Below are positions 1 through 7,137 of a DNA stretch of 21,118 bases, in pieces. Every line of letters starts with the position of its first letter. The first letter of the stretch is position 1. Source of the stretch: Candidatus Komeilibacteria bacterium. GTDB taxonomy: Bacteria; Patescibacteriota; Patescibacteriia; UBA1558. Below the pieces are notes generated by a model that was given only the letters and a program-made list of their open reading frames with translations, ran no database searches and was not told where the DNA came from. The position numbers were made by a program, and so were the translations under genes. The stretch is from the NCBI GenBank assembly GCA_024654345.1, contig JANLIN010000056.1, positions 1 to 21,118 on the forward strand. Reading direction: 5' to 3'.

Positions 1-241
1 CTATTATCAAAGGGATGTCGCCGATGCTGTCCATCACTGTCTGCAGTTGCGCTTCTTCCGCTTCCAGAAAAGACTCTCTTTCCAATTGGTCGCGGGGCGG
101 ATAACCGCTGATAGCCAACTCCGATGTCACCACCAATTCCGCCCCTTGCTGACAAGCTTGTCGATAGCCGTTAAGTATCTTCTGCGCGTTGTTGTCCCAG
201 TCGCCGATGACTAAATTGAGCTGCAAAATACCTATTTTCAT
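1..241 (-). CDS. Partial CDS (N-terminal ~80 aa; rest lies beyond the window edge) of a carbon-nitrogen hydrolase domain protein, probably glutamine-dependent NAD+ synthetase NadE
   Basis: Minus-strand translation from the ATG at 239-241 reads MKIGILQLNLVIGDWDNNAQKILNGYRQACQQGAELVVTSELAISGYPP..., matching the nitrilase/CN-hydrolase N-terminal signature of NadE-type enzymes. A GGAGTG SD-like sequence lies upstream. The frame stays open to position 1. The ORF track did not list it because it runs off the window. Confidence 0.5.
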   Translation of the reverse strand, partial: MKIGILQLNLVIGDWDNNAQKILNGYRQACQQGAELVVTSELAISGYPPRDQLERESFLEAEEAQLQTVMDSIGDIPLII

Positions 242-250
242 GATCACTCC

Positions 251-1075
251 TTATGATATTCCGTTTTCGCCGCGTTCTTCCTTTTGCACCAGACTGGTGC
301 GCAAAGCGGCAAAATCGATGGTTTTTAAAAATCCTAGAGTCACTGTTTTATCAGTTGGCTCGACTTTAACTCGTCTGACGTTCGCAACAGTCTGCAGACG
401 ACCGTCAGCGTAGCCGTTGACCGCCGTCCGTGAATCAATATCAATCACTATTGTCTGGGGTGAAACAATATCACAGGGATAGGCTCCAGTGGCGACGCCA
501 GCCACCGCCCAGCTATTGGAATCAAGAGGCAAAACTATGGCACTACCCTTAGACTTAAGCGCGTACGCAGTAGTGCCTTGCGCCGTGGCGATGATAATTC
601 CATTACCGTTAACGCGGCGATTGGGAAAGTGGCTTAGAGACCCGCGGATCGTGAATGTATTGTAGTCAGCTATATCACTGCCACAGAAAATATCATTGAA
701 GGCAAGGTGCTCGATCTCTCTACCTTGTTGATCAGTAAAAGTGACCTTGATAAGATTGACGGCTATCTGATTTAGCTCCGACAAATGTGTCGGGATTTGA
801 CTGATATCACTGATCGGGTTCAGCAGGAAGCCGAGGCGACCCCGGTTTATCCCGAAGAAAACTTTTTTCGACTGGTAGTATTGCCGACAAGCGTGCATAA
901 ACCCACCATCTCCCGTTGCTACTAGAAAGGCATTGGCCTTGTCCGGATTTTCAGTCACCACGCCGCTGGGAAGAAGGTAATCACGGACCCAGGCTCTGAC
1001 GTCCGCGCTTCGCTCGGCACCGGTGTCTTCTTCCGGCGGTAGAATGGGGTAATAAATTAATCTGTCATCGTTCAT
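251..1075 (-). CDS. nadK: NAD+ kinase (NadK/PpnK)
   Basis: 274 aa with a GDGG motif (LVATGDGGFMHA) and a TAQGTTAYALKSKGS segment resembling the NAD kinase GGDG / TPTGSTAYS motifs. An AGGAA RBS lies upstream. The gene sits within the NAD cluster. Confidence 0.75.
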   Translation of the reverse strand: MNDDRLIYYPILPPEEDTGAERSADVRAWVRDYLLPSGVVTENPDKANAFLVATGDGGFMHACRQYYQSKKVFFGINRGRLGFLLNPISDISQIPTHLSELNQIAVNLIKVTFTDQQGREIEHLAFNDIFCGSDIADYNTFTIRGSLSHFPNRRVNGNGIIIATAQGTTAYALKSKGSAIVLPLDSNSWAVAGVATGAYPCDIVSPQTIVIDIDSRTAVNGYADGRLQTVANVRRVKVEPTDKTVTLGFLKTIDFAALRTSLVQKEERGENGIS

Positions 1076-1135
1076 GGTATTTCCTATTTATTTAGTTTTT
1101 AAATTACTCATCACAAAGATGTAAGTTTACATCTC

Positions 1136-1170
1136 TCTGATAAGCGGGAAAAGAGATTTTCTCTTTTCCC
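1136..1170. promoter_or_regulatory. Intergenic element TCTGATAAGC + perfect 11-bp-arm palindrome GGGAAAAGAGA-TTT-TCTCTTTTCCC between Nudix and nadK
   Basis: Perfect inverted repeat at 1146-1170. It shares a 10-mer prefix and arm consensus with the element at 1948-1980. Confidence 0.5.
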
Positions 1171-1176
1171 AAACTT

Positions 1177-1875
1177 TTAGGAATTACGCTCTTTTTGCAG
1201 CGTTTTCCAGAATGTCTTCGCCGCCGTGACAAAAGAGCTAAACTCTTTTTTCAGTTGCGCCAATTCAGGACGCTTCTCTAATATCTCGCCCACCTCGGCT
1301 AAAGTCTCCCGAACTTTGGCTTCGGTGCCGGTAGTCAACAGCAAGGATAATCGTTTACGACTCAAGAACCAGCTCACCAAAGCCATTGTTTTGGCATCGT
1401 TGAACGTCATATTCACCACCTCACGGCAGGAGATTACGTGTCGCCGAATATCTTCACCGCCTTCTGTCTGATAATGGTCGCGAGCGGACAATCGACGACT
1501 ATCTACTTCCACATAGGCCAGATAAGCGGCTCCTGAAACTATCCCTGGCGATAGAGATATCGGAGAACCATCATTAACGATCACAACTTCAGCTTCGGAT
1601 AGTTTGAGACCAATTTCTTCCTCAACCTCCTTAACCGCCAGCTGCTGAATAGTATAGTTGCCGTCAAAGCGGCCGGCGACTATTTCCATTGAATCTGGAT
1701 CGTGCTGGTGCTGTCCGTATTTCTTGGCCGGCCTTTTCTGCTCTATAAAGACAAGGCAATCCAAGTCTTTCAGATATACCAACACCGCCACGGCGTCTGT
1801 ATCGCAAACCACGGTATCGCCGCTTTTTTCATCACGGACGACTTTTATAAAATCGTTTTTGAATAAATGTTCCAT
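1177..1875 (-). CDS. Nudix hydrolase (ADP-ribose pyrophosphatase-like)
   Basis: Nudix box AGRFDGNYTIQQLAVKEVEEEIGL (G-x5-E-x7-REV-x-EE-x-G). The ORF track starts at 1884 (MRIMEHL), but the second ATG at 1875 (MEHLFK) has a better-spaced AAAGGA SD, so the true start may be 1875 or 1884. Confidence 0.7.
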   Translation of the reverse strand: MEHLFKNDFIKVVRDEKSGDTVVCDTDAVAVLVYLKDLDCLVFIEQKRPAKKYGQHQHDPDSMEIVAGRFDGNYTIQQLAVKEVEEEIGLKLSEAEVVIVNDGSPISLSPGIVSGAAYLAYVEVDSRRLSARDHYQTEGGEDIRRHVISCREVVNMTFNDAKTMALVSWFLSRKRLSLLLTTGTEAKVRETLAEVGEILEKRPELAQLKKEFSSFVTAAKTFWKTLQKERNS

Positions 1876-1947
1876 AATTCTCATCCTTTCTTTTTTTGTG
1901 AAATGAACGTGCTTTTGCTTATGACAATCATCTATAATATAAATGAC

Positions 1948-1980
1948 TCTGATAAGCAGGGAAAGGAGTTCCTTTCCCTG
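1948..1980. promoter_or_regulatory. Intergenic element TCTGATAAGC + 11-bp-arm palindrome CAGGGAAAGGA-GT-TCCTTTCCCTG between pncB and Nudix
   Basis: Inverted repeat at 1957-1980. Sister copy of the 1136-1170 element. Confidence 0.5.
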
Positions 1981-1985
1981 GAGAA

Positions 1986-3284
1986 TTAATAAACACAGGC
2001 CTCTTCAAACTTGTTCTCATAATGCACAAGTTTTTTATACCTGGCTATTTCGTCGGGATCGCCGGTGGCCTTGGCAATATTATCACTCAGCTTGACCAGC
2101 TTGCAACCATTCGCCTCTGTCGGCTTGATTACGATCGAGAGCGGATTTAGCCCCAGAAAATCGAAAGTAAGATTGGTACCCCAGCCATTACCAATATTTA
2201 TTAGTCGGGCGTACTTCTTATACAAACTGATCATGAGGGGAAGTTTTAGACCGTCGCTATAGAAAAGCGTCTTACGATTGCTATCAATCTTCCGTCGCTT
2301 GTAGTGAGCGATCACTTTTTCACTATATTGCGCCGGGTCACCCGAATCCTGTCGAAATCCCAGCCATTGCTGGAAATCATTGTCTTTCATATTATGAAAA
2401 AAATAATCACTTCCGTATGTGTCTGTCGGTGGCACCATGCGATCAAATCCGTACATCGCCAGCCAACGATCCATAAATTCACGCTGGGCTTGAGACAGAT
2501 CTCCACCCGCCGCCAATTTCAAACCGGCAATAACCATCTGCGGCTCATGTGCCGACGTACCGCGCGGTATCAGGGAATCTTCTTTGGCAATAAAGACATT
2601 GGACGTACCCTGGAAGTTTTCCGGTAGCGCTCTGGCCACAGTATTGGTAACATATCTCTGCCACTCGGGATGAAAAGCACGGCGCGTGCCAAAATCCACA
2701 AACGGCAATAAGTATGGATAATTCTGCTCTTCGGACCACTGATTTAGACTACGAAGATCGCTTATTTTTGCTTTCAGCCGCGCTATACCGTTCTTGATTA
2801 GAGATTCTTTTTGGGAAATCGTCATCTCCTTCAGCCACGCCTGGCAAGCCAACGCGTTCACTATCTGCAAGGCCGGTATTTCCCAGTACGTTGATTGCTT
2901 CCAAGCCTGTGAGAATTCCAGCTCTAGCTGTCCGTCCGGCGATATCTCCAAATTATAATCTGACCACTGGAAATTTTTCAGAAATTCCAGGTATCCCGTG
3001 GTATCTGACAGATTCTCACCCCTTACTATGTTACCGATATATGCCACCTCGGCCGCTGTCGGCAGTACTGTTTTGACGTGGTCGAGCTCTTCTTTCAATC
3101 GGCCAATATCTATCAAGCGCCCCAGCTTCACCGCCGTCGTCCGGTTGATAAAGCTGGAATTTGTCTCGACATCTCTGTACCATTTATGGATGAACTGCCC
3201 CATTGTAAATTTGTACATATCAGTCTGTAGAAAAGACTTAATTATCGGCTCGTCCACCGTTTTTAGGATTTTATCTACTATCAT
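1986..3284 (-). CDS. pncB: Nicotinate phosphoribosyltransferase
   Basis: 432 aa; the N-terminal FLQTDMYKFTMGQ matches the NAPRTase hallmark (TDxYKxTM). Length is typical. The start overlaps the upstream gene's stop (ATGA), indicating translational coupling. Confidence 0.8.
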   Translation of the reverse strand: MIVDKILKTVDEPIIKSFLQTDMYKFTMGQFIHKWYRDVETNSSFINRTTAVKLGRLIDIGRLKEELDHVKTVLPTAAEVAYIGNIVRGENLSDTTGYLEFLKNFQWSDYNLEISPDGQLELEFSQAWKQSTYWEIPALQIVNALACQAWLKEMTISQKESLIKNGIARLKAKISDLRSLNQWSEEQNYPYLLPFVDFGTRRAFHPEWQRYVTNTVARALPENFQGTSNVFIAKEDSLIPRGTSAHEPQMVIAGLKLAAGGDLSQAQREFMDRWLAMYGFDRMVPPTDTYGSDYFFHNMKDNDFQQWLGFRQDSGDPAQYSEKVIAHYKRRKIDSNRKTLFYSDGLKLPLMISLYKKYARLINIGNGWGTNLTFDFLGLNPLSIVIKPTEANGCKLVKLSDNIAKATGDPDEIARYKKLVHYENKFEEACVY

Positions 3285-4138
3285 TTTGCCACTCCTGTCT
3301 TGTCATGAATTTCTGTATAGAGAGAGGTGGAGAAGGCACAGTGTGGAGAAAGAATTTGTCGCGCAATGCTGGTAATTGTACCTGTCAAATAACTTGACAG
3401 AACTTTCCACTGATCAGCGCCGTCAATCATCCCTAGACGCGTCGCCACCAAATGTACTCTTTGTTCAAAAACAGCCACGGCATCTTCTATTTCACCTTTC
3501 GCGCCTAGTGCGGGCGGTCCCCCATTGGTTGATATAGTTCTTAACACGTTAACCGGCACGAAATGCTTCAATTTCTTAAAAACAGCGTCTATATCATGCA
3601 TGAAAGAATGCAAACGACCATTAGCGCCAATGAGAATATCCAAAGAGTCCATAAAACTATCGGCATAGCCAACCATACTGGCGGCCACATATACCGGGAC
3701 ATCATCGTCTTCGACGTACATCATAAAATGAGGGCAGCTGTGTCCTAAGTGAGGAATGTTCAGACGACGAGCCACTTCTATTGCAACCGCGTCCACACCC
3801 ATATTCGAAGCGCCATGCGCTATCCGTACGTCTATTCCGGGGAATTCGGTCTGAAGTACCCTGATGCAGTTCGCCAACAGCGATTTACAAGCTTCTTCGT
3901 AAGCTCCAACTTTTACACCCCAGACAGCGCACTGATCAGCCGATAGATGGCTATACCCATTCATTCCTAAGACTATCGTATCCTTGCCCTCCAGATGTTG
4001 CCTAGTGGCTTTTTCGTATTCTTCCGGAAAGAAGATCGGCTTGCGCGTAAAAATTCTTTTCCGCCCATTATATTCTACAACCACGCCTCCTTTGACTTTT
4101 TTAATGGATCCCAGTTTATCGGCCTTATTCTTTGCCAT
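3281..4138 (-). CDS. Conserved hypothetical Rossmann-fold protein, possibly SLOG-superfamily (DprA/LOG-like) nucleotide-processing enzyme, co-translated with pncB
   Basis: 285 aa starting at MAKNK, with a GTGAGG RBS 9 nt upstream; I prefer this start to the track's 4189 start. The segment RIAHGASNMGVDAVAIEVARRL resembles the DprA/SLOG glycine-rich Rossmann motif (SGxAxGxDxxAHxxAL). It overlaps the pncB start by 4 nt. Confidence 0.45.
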   Translation of the reverse strand: MAKNKADKLGSIKKVKGGVVVEYNGRKRIFTRKPIFFPEEYEKATRQHLEGKDTIVLGMNGYSHLSADQCAVWGVKVGAYEEACKSLLANCIRVLQTEFPGIDVRIAHGASNMGVDAVAIEVARRLNIPHLGHSCPHFMMYVEDDDVPVYVAASMVGYADSFMDSLDILIGANGRLHSFMHDIDAVFKKLKHFVPVNVLRTISTNGGPPALGAKGEIEDAVAVFEQRVHLVATRLGMIDGADQWKVLSSYLTGTITSIARQILSPHCAFSTSLYTEIHDKTGVAK

Positions 4139-4237
4139 AGTAAAAACCTCACTTCCTAAATTGTGTTTATTAATAATATTAATGTACATACTTCTTAAGA
4201 AGCTTGGTCCGAAATAGTTCAGACAAAACTTTTTAAG

Positions 4238-4271
4238 CGGGATAAGTGATGTTTAACATCGCCTTATCCCG
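4238..4271. promoter_or_regulatory. Nested hairpin CGGGATAAG-[TGATGTTTAACATCGC]-CTTATCCCG downstream of pncA
   Basis: 9-bp outer stem and an inner GATGTT/AACATC stem. It may be the pncA terminator or an attenuator; only a weak T-run follows. Confidence 0.4.
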
Positions 4272-4276
4272 AAATA

Positions 4277-4984
4277 CTAACCGATCAGTTCTCGGGTAGT
4301 CGTGAGTCTCACGCCAGCCGTTTTGAAAAACATATTCATTTCCTCATGACCCGCCTCGTCTCCCAAATCCTGCGTGGCATCTTTTACCACAGTCACCTGA
4401 TAGCCAAGGTCTGCTAAATCCAAAGCCGTCCAACCAACACAATAGCGATATACCAGCCCACAGACAAATATTTTTTTCGGGCGCATCTGCTTAATAATAG
4501 GTAAGAGGACTAGCTCACGTCCGGCATTGTCTCTCACGGCGCTATAAGAATCACGCGTCGGCTCCAATCCTTTCCTTACTACAACGCCATCGTATTCAGC
4601 AAAGGCCTGATGTTTTCCGGCTTCTTTACCTAGGCCATGATCCGGCCATAAGGTTTGATGATGAATTCTACGTAAGTAAAGTTTGAGATCATCGACGGTA
4701 AATTTAGCCTTTGGTCCTATTTTGCTATCTTCTTTCGTCCACTGCGCCACTTCCTCGTAGGTAAGCACGTAAAAATTCGGTAAGTCGACGTATGAACTGG
4801 CAAAAGATATATGACCAACCTCATGTACATCTAGCGTGAATACTCTCTTATCCTCCGGGAAAAGCGGTAGGATTCTCTTGATAGGTGCAATCACTTTGTC
4901 GCCACCTTGTACAGCTAATCCGCCACCCGGCATGAAAGTGAGAGTAGCATCTATCACCACCAGTGCGTCCTGTCTTCCTATCAT
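4277..4984 (-). CDS. pncA: Nicotinamidase (isochorismatase family, PncA)
   Basis: 235 aa. It has ALVVIDATLTF (catalytic Asp region), a metal-binding DVHEVGH (D-x-H-x3-H) and the catalytic Cys context FVCGLVYRYCVGWT. An AAGGAG RBS lies upstream. Confidence 0.75.
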   Translation of the reverse strand: MIGRQDALVVIDATLTFMPGGGLAVQGGDKVIAPIKRILPLFPEDKRVFTLDVHEVGHISFASSYVDLPNFYVLTYEEVAQWTKEDSKIGPKAKFTVDDLKLYLRRIHHQTLWPDHGLGKEAGKHQAFAEYDGVVVRKGLEPTRDSYSAVRDNAGRELVLLPIIKQMRPKKIFVCGLVYRYCVGWTALDLADLGYQVTVVKDATQDLGDEAGHEEMNMFFKTAGVRLTTTRELIG

Positions 4985-5059
4985 TGGCTTTCAGCTCCTT
5001 TCTGTTTAATCAATGAACTACACTCTTTAGCAATTAGAAACTCTGCTCCTGAAAAGCAG

Positions 5060-5088
5060 TGCTTATAGCTGTTAAAAAGCCTTGTCAA
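5060..5088 (-). promoter_or_regulatory. Putative sigma70 promoter for pncA (-35 TTGACA, -10 TATAAG or TAAGCA)
   Basis: On the minus strand, TTGACA (complement of 5083-5088) is followed 15-17 nt later by TATAAG/TAAGCA, about 80 bp upstream of the pncA start. Confidence 0.4.
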
Positions 5089-5120
5089 ATTCCGTAAAAA
5101 TTAACATTAAATAGAATTTA

Positions 5121-5157
5121 TGTCAACCCCAGTCATGTTTAACACGACCGGGGTTAA
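5121..5157 (-). terminator. Stem-loop downstream of the vWA gene (AACCCCAGTC...GACCGGGGTT, loop ATGTTTAACAC); possible terminator or regulatory hairpin
   Basis: A 10-bp stem with one G-U pair lies about 20 nt after the vWA stop. The T-run is imperfect. The loop shares the ATGTTTAACA core with the hairpin at 4238-4271. Confidence 0.35.
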
Positions 5158-5177
5158 CTTGAATGAAAAAAGTGCGT

Positions 5178-5966
5178 TTAGTTGCCGAAACCACCCATGG
5201 CGGCCTGGCTGAAATTGGCGGCTGATTGACTGGCGCGAACTGCCGATTGAGAGAAAAGCAGGAAGGCCTGGCGAATCTCTTTCTCTGTATTCTTCGGTGT
5301 CAGGATCCATTCATCAGGTATGCCCATGTCCGAGAATACCCGTTGGAAATCCGTACTACCATCATCAATGCCCATCGCTGCCACGATATGCATCTCTGTT
5401 TTTAACATGTCCTTCACCACCACCGCCACATCCTTGGCGCTGTACTTACGCGAGTGCTGATCACTGCCGTCGCTGATGATAAGCGTGATGGTGCGGGCCG
5501 GGACGCCATTGTCGGAGAATTCCTGCGCCTTGGCCAGAACAGTACCCAGTAGTACTATCGTCTGGTCATAGAGTGGGGTGCCCTGGTCAGGATTGTAGTT
5601 CTGAGTATCCATTATTTCCGCTTGTTCCACCATCGTGTACGGGTAAAGGATCTTCCCGTTTAGATAGCGATTATGCGCTAGTATATTGTCTTTCTGTTTA
5701 GAGGCGCGCAGGGAATTGAGTACCAGATTGTGACCGTTCCTGACCGCGGCGGCATTGCCGGCGAAACGGATAGACCCGGAATCATCCGGCATCATGCTTA
5801 CCAGTATTACCTCGCTGGCTTCAACATCGTCGACGGCCACGCCCAGCGCCGCCTGTATTTCGGCGCCGATATCCAGGACATTTAGTATCTGCTCAGATTG
5901 GGCGGACAGATTACCGTCTGCTTTGGCGTTGTTCACCAACTGACTTACTTTGCTTTGCTTGTTCAT
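5178..5966 (-). CDS. von Willebrand factor A (vWA) domain protein, TerY-like
   Basis: 262 aa from MNKQSK, with a strong AGGAGG RBS; I prefer this start to the track's upstream-extended 6128 start, which overlaps the previous gene. The MIDAS motif DDSGSI (DxSxS) and a second ISDGSD are present. The C-terminus has a Q/S-rich tail. Confidence 0.75.
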   Translation of the reverse strand: MNKQSKVSQLVNNAKADGNLSAQSEQILNVLDIGAEIQAALGVAVDDVEASEVILVSMMPDDSGSIRFAGNAAAVRNGHNLVLNSLRASKQKDNILAHNRYLNGKILYPYTMVEQAEIMDTQNYNPDQGTPLYDQTIVLLGTVLAKAQEFSDNGVPARTITLIISDGSDQHSRKYSAKDVAVVVKDMLKTEMHIVAAMGIDDGSTDFQRVFSDMGIPDEWILTPKNTEKEIRQAFLLFSQSAVRASQSAANFSQAAMGGFGN

Positions 5967-6042
5967 TTTGTGACCTCCTGGCTCCGACGATAGTGTCGAA
6001 GCCGTTTTTTGTGATTGAAAAATATTTTTCCGTGCTAGTGTC

Positions 6043-7086
6043 TTATAGATTGAGATCGGGCCAATCTTCCAAAGGTTGAGTCGTCTTGACGACATGCATG
6101 CCCGCCGCCGCAAAACGACGAAACGCATCGTCGGCTTGGTCGGTGAAATCTATAATACCCGGCACGACCACGGCGGAAGTACAATCTTCCAACAAGTAAA
6201 CCTTTTTGGCCAGTTCCGGATCGTGAGCTTGTATTTCATTGAGTAAGTCATCAATCGTCCAAGCCACGCAATGACTTTTGGCTTGGCCGGCAATGATAAC
6301 AGCGTCATATTTCATCAGCTTCTCAATAAAACGAGAATTACTCTGTGCGATCGGACGTCCGGTATGATCTTCCGTTATTTCCGGCTTCAAGACAGAATAA
6401 TTTTCTGTCAGTGGATTACCGCCTTTGATTTCGAAACCGGTTTGGCTGGTGCGTGCTAAATTGTGAAAGAAAACAGCTTCTTCGATAACCGCCGTCAGAG
6501 CGTGACCAATACCACCCAGCATGGCGTGGTAGGTCCAGATCATCAACGGATATTTTCCGTCTGCCGTCAGCTTGGCCACGTAGTGGCGCGCATATTTCTG
6601 CAGAAAGCTGTAACTACCGGTAATACTGTTGGCGATGGCGGGGTTTACTTTCCATATGCCCTTCTCAACATCCGTCAGCGTAATGATGGTTTGATTCCCG
6701 ATCGGATGTTCGCCCTGATCATTGATCCAAAACACCGGATGAAAGATTTGCATGGCGGTATGAGTGTCCATTGTCGGATCTATCTCTGTAATAACGCCTA
6801 GATAGCGATAGATGAATTCCGCCAATCGGACATTATCTTCGATGGCGCCCTTGCCACTGCGCCCCCCTACAAAAAGTTCAAAATCCGGGAGGCAGAAAGT
6901 ATTCTGCGCGTCTATTACCATCAAGCAGAGACGCGTCTTATCAACGGCGGCTTTCTTGATCTTGTGTTTGTCGGCCCATTCTCTGGCATCACGCGCCCGC
7001 TGTTCGTACGGAACTCTCCAGACACTATCGGCTTTGGACGCATCAAAGTGCTGAGGAATGGGTAATTCGTGGACTGATCTTTTCAT
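6043..7086 (-). CDS. Large nicotinamidase/isochorismatase-family amidase paralog
   Basis: 347 aa. Motifs are CLMVIDAQNTFC (catalytic Asp), DTHTAMQIFH (D-x-H-x6-H metal site as in nicotinamidases) and AGQAKSHCVAWTIDDL (catalytic Cys). About 150 extra residues lie between the metal site and the Cys relative to canonical ~190-aa enzymes. An AAAGGAG RBS lies upstream. Confidence 0.7.
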   Translation of the reverse strand: MKRSVHELPIPQHFDASKADSVWRVPYEQRARDAREWADKHKIKKAAVDKTRLCLMVIDAQNTFCLPDFELFVGGRSGKGAIEDNVRLAEFIYRYLGVITEIDPTMDTHTAMQIFHPVFWINDQGEHPIGNQTIITLTDVEKGIWKVNPAIANSITGSYSFLQKYARHYVAKLTADGKYPLMIWTYHAMLGGIGHALTAVIEEAVFFHNLARTSQTGFEIKGGNPLTENYSVLKPEITEDHTGRPIAQSNSRFIEKLMKYDAVIIAGQAKSHCVAWTIDDLLNEIQAHDPELAKKVYLLEDCTSAVVVPGIIDFTDQADDAFRRFAAAGMHVVKTTQPLEDWPDLNL

Positions 7087-7137
7087 GACTAATACTCCTT
7101 TCTAAGAGTTTTTTGTGAAGTTCGAAACTGTGTTTTT

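Noticed and set aside
189-413. Plus-strand 74-aa ORF
   Set aside because: It lies entirely antisense to the nadE-like and nadK coding regions. No RBS and low-complexity product. It is a shadow ORF.
1226-1906. Plus-strand ORFs 1226..1471 and 1658..1906
   Set aside because: They are antisense to the Nudix gene, which has clear motifs, and so are spurious.
2065-3375. Several small plus-strand ORFs inside pncB
   Set aside because: They are shadow ORFs opposite a well-supported 432-aa NAPRTase gene.
3281-4189. Upstream-extended start (4189, MYINIINK...) for the SLOG-like ORF
   Set aside because: There is no RBS, whereas the ATG at 4138 has a GTGAGG SD.
5107-5310. 67-aa minus-strand ORF overlapping the vWA 3' end
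   Set aside because: It overlaps a better-supported gene in another frame and spans the hairpin/intergenic region.
5178-6128. Upstream-extended start (6128) for the vWA ORF
   Set aside because: The extension overlaps the preceding gene's 3' end and lacks an RBS, whereas the internal ATG at 5966 has a perfect AGGAGG. The extension is rejected in favour of 5966.
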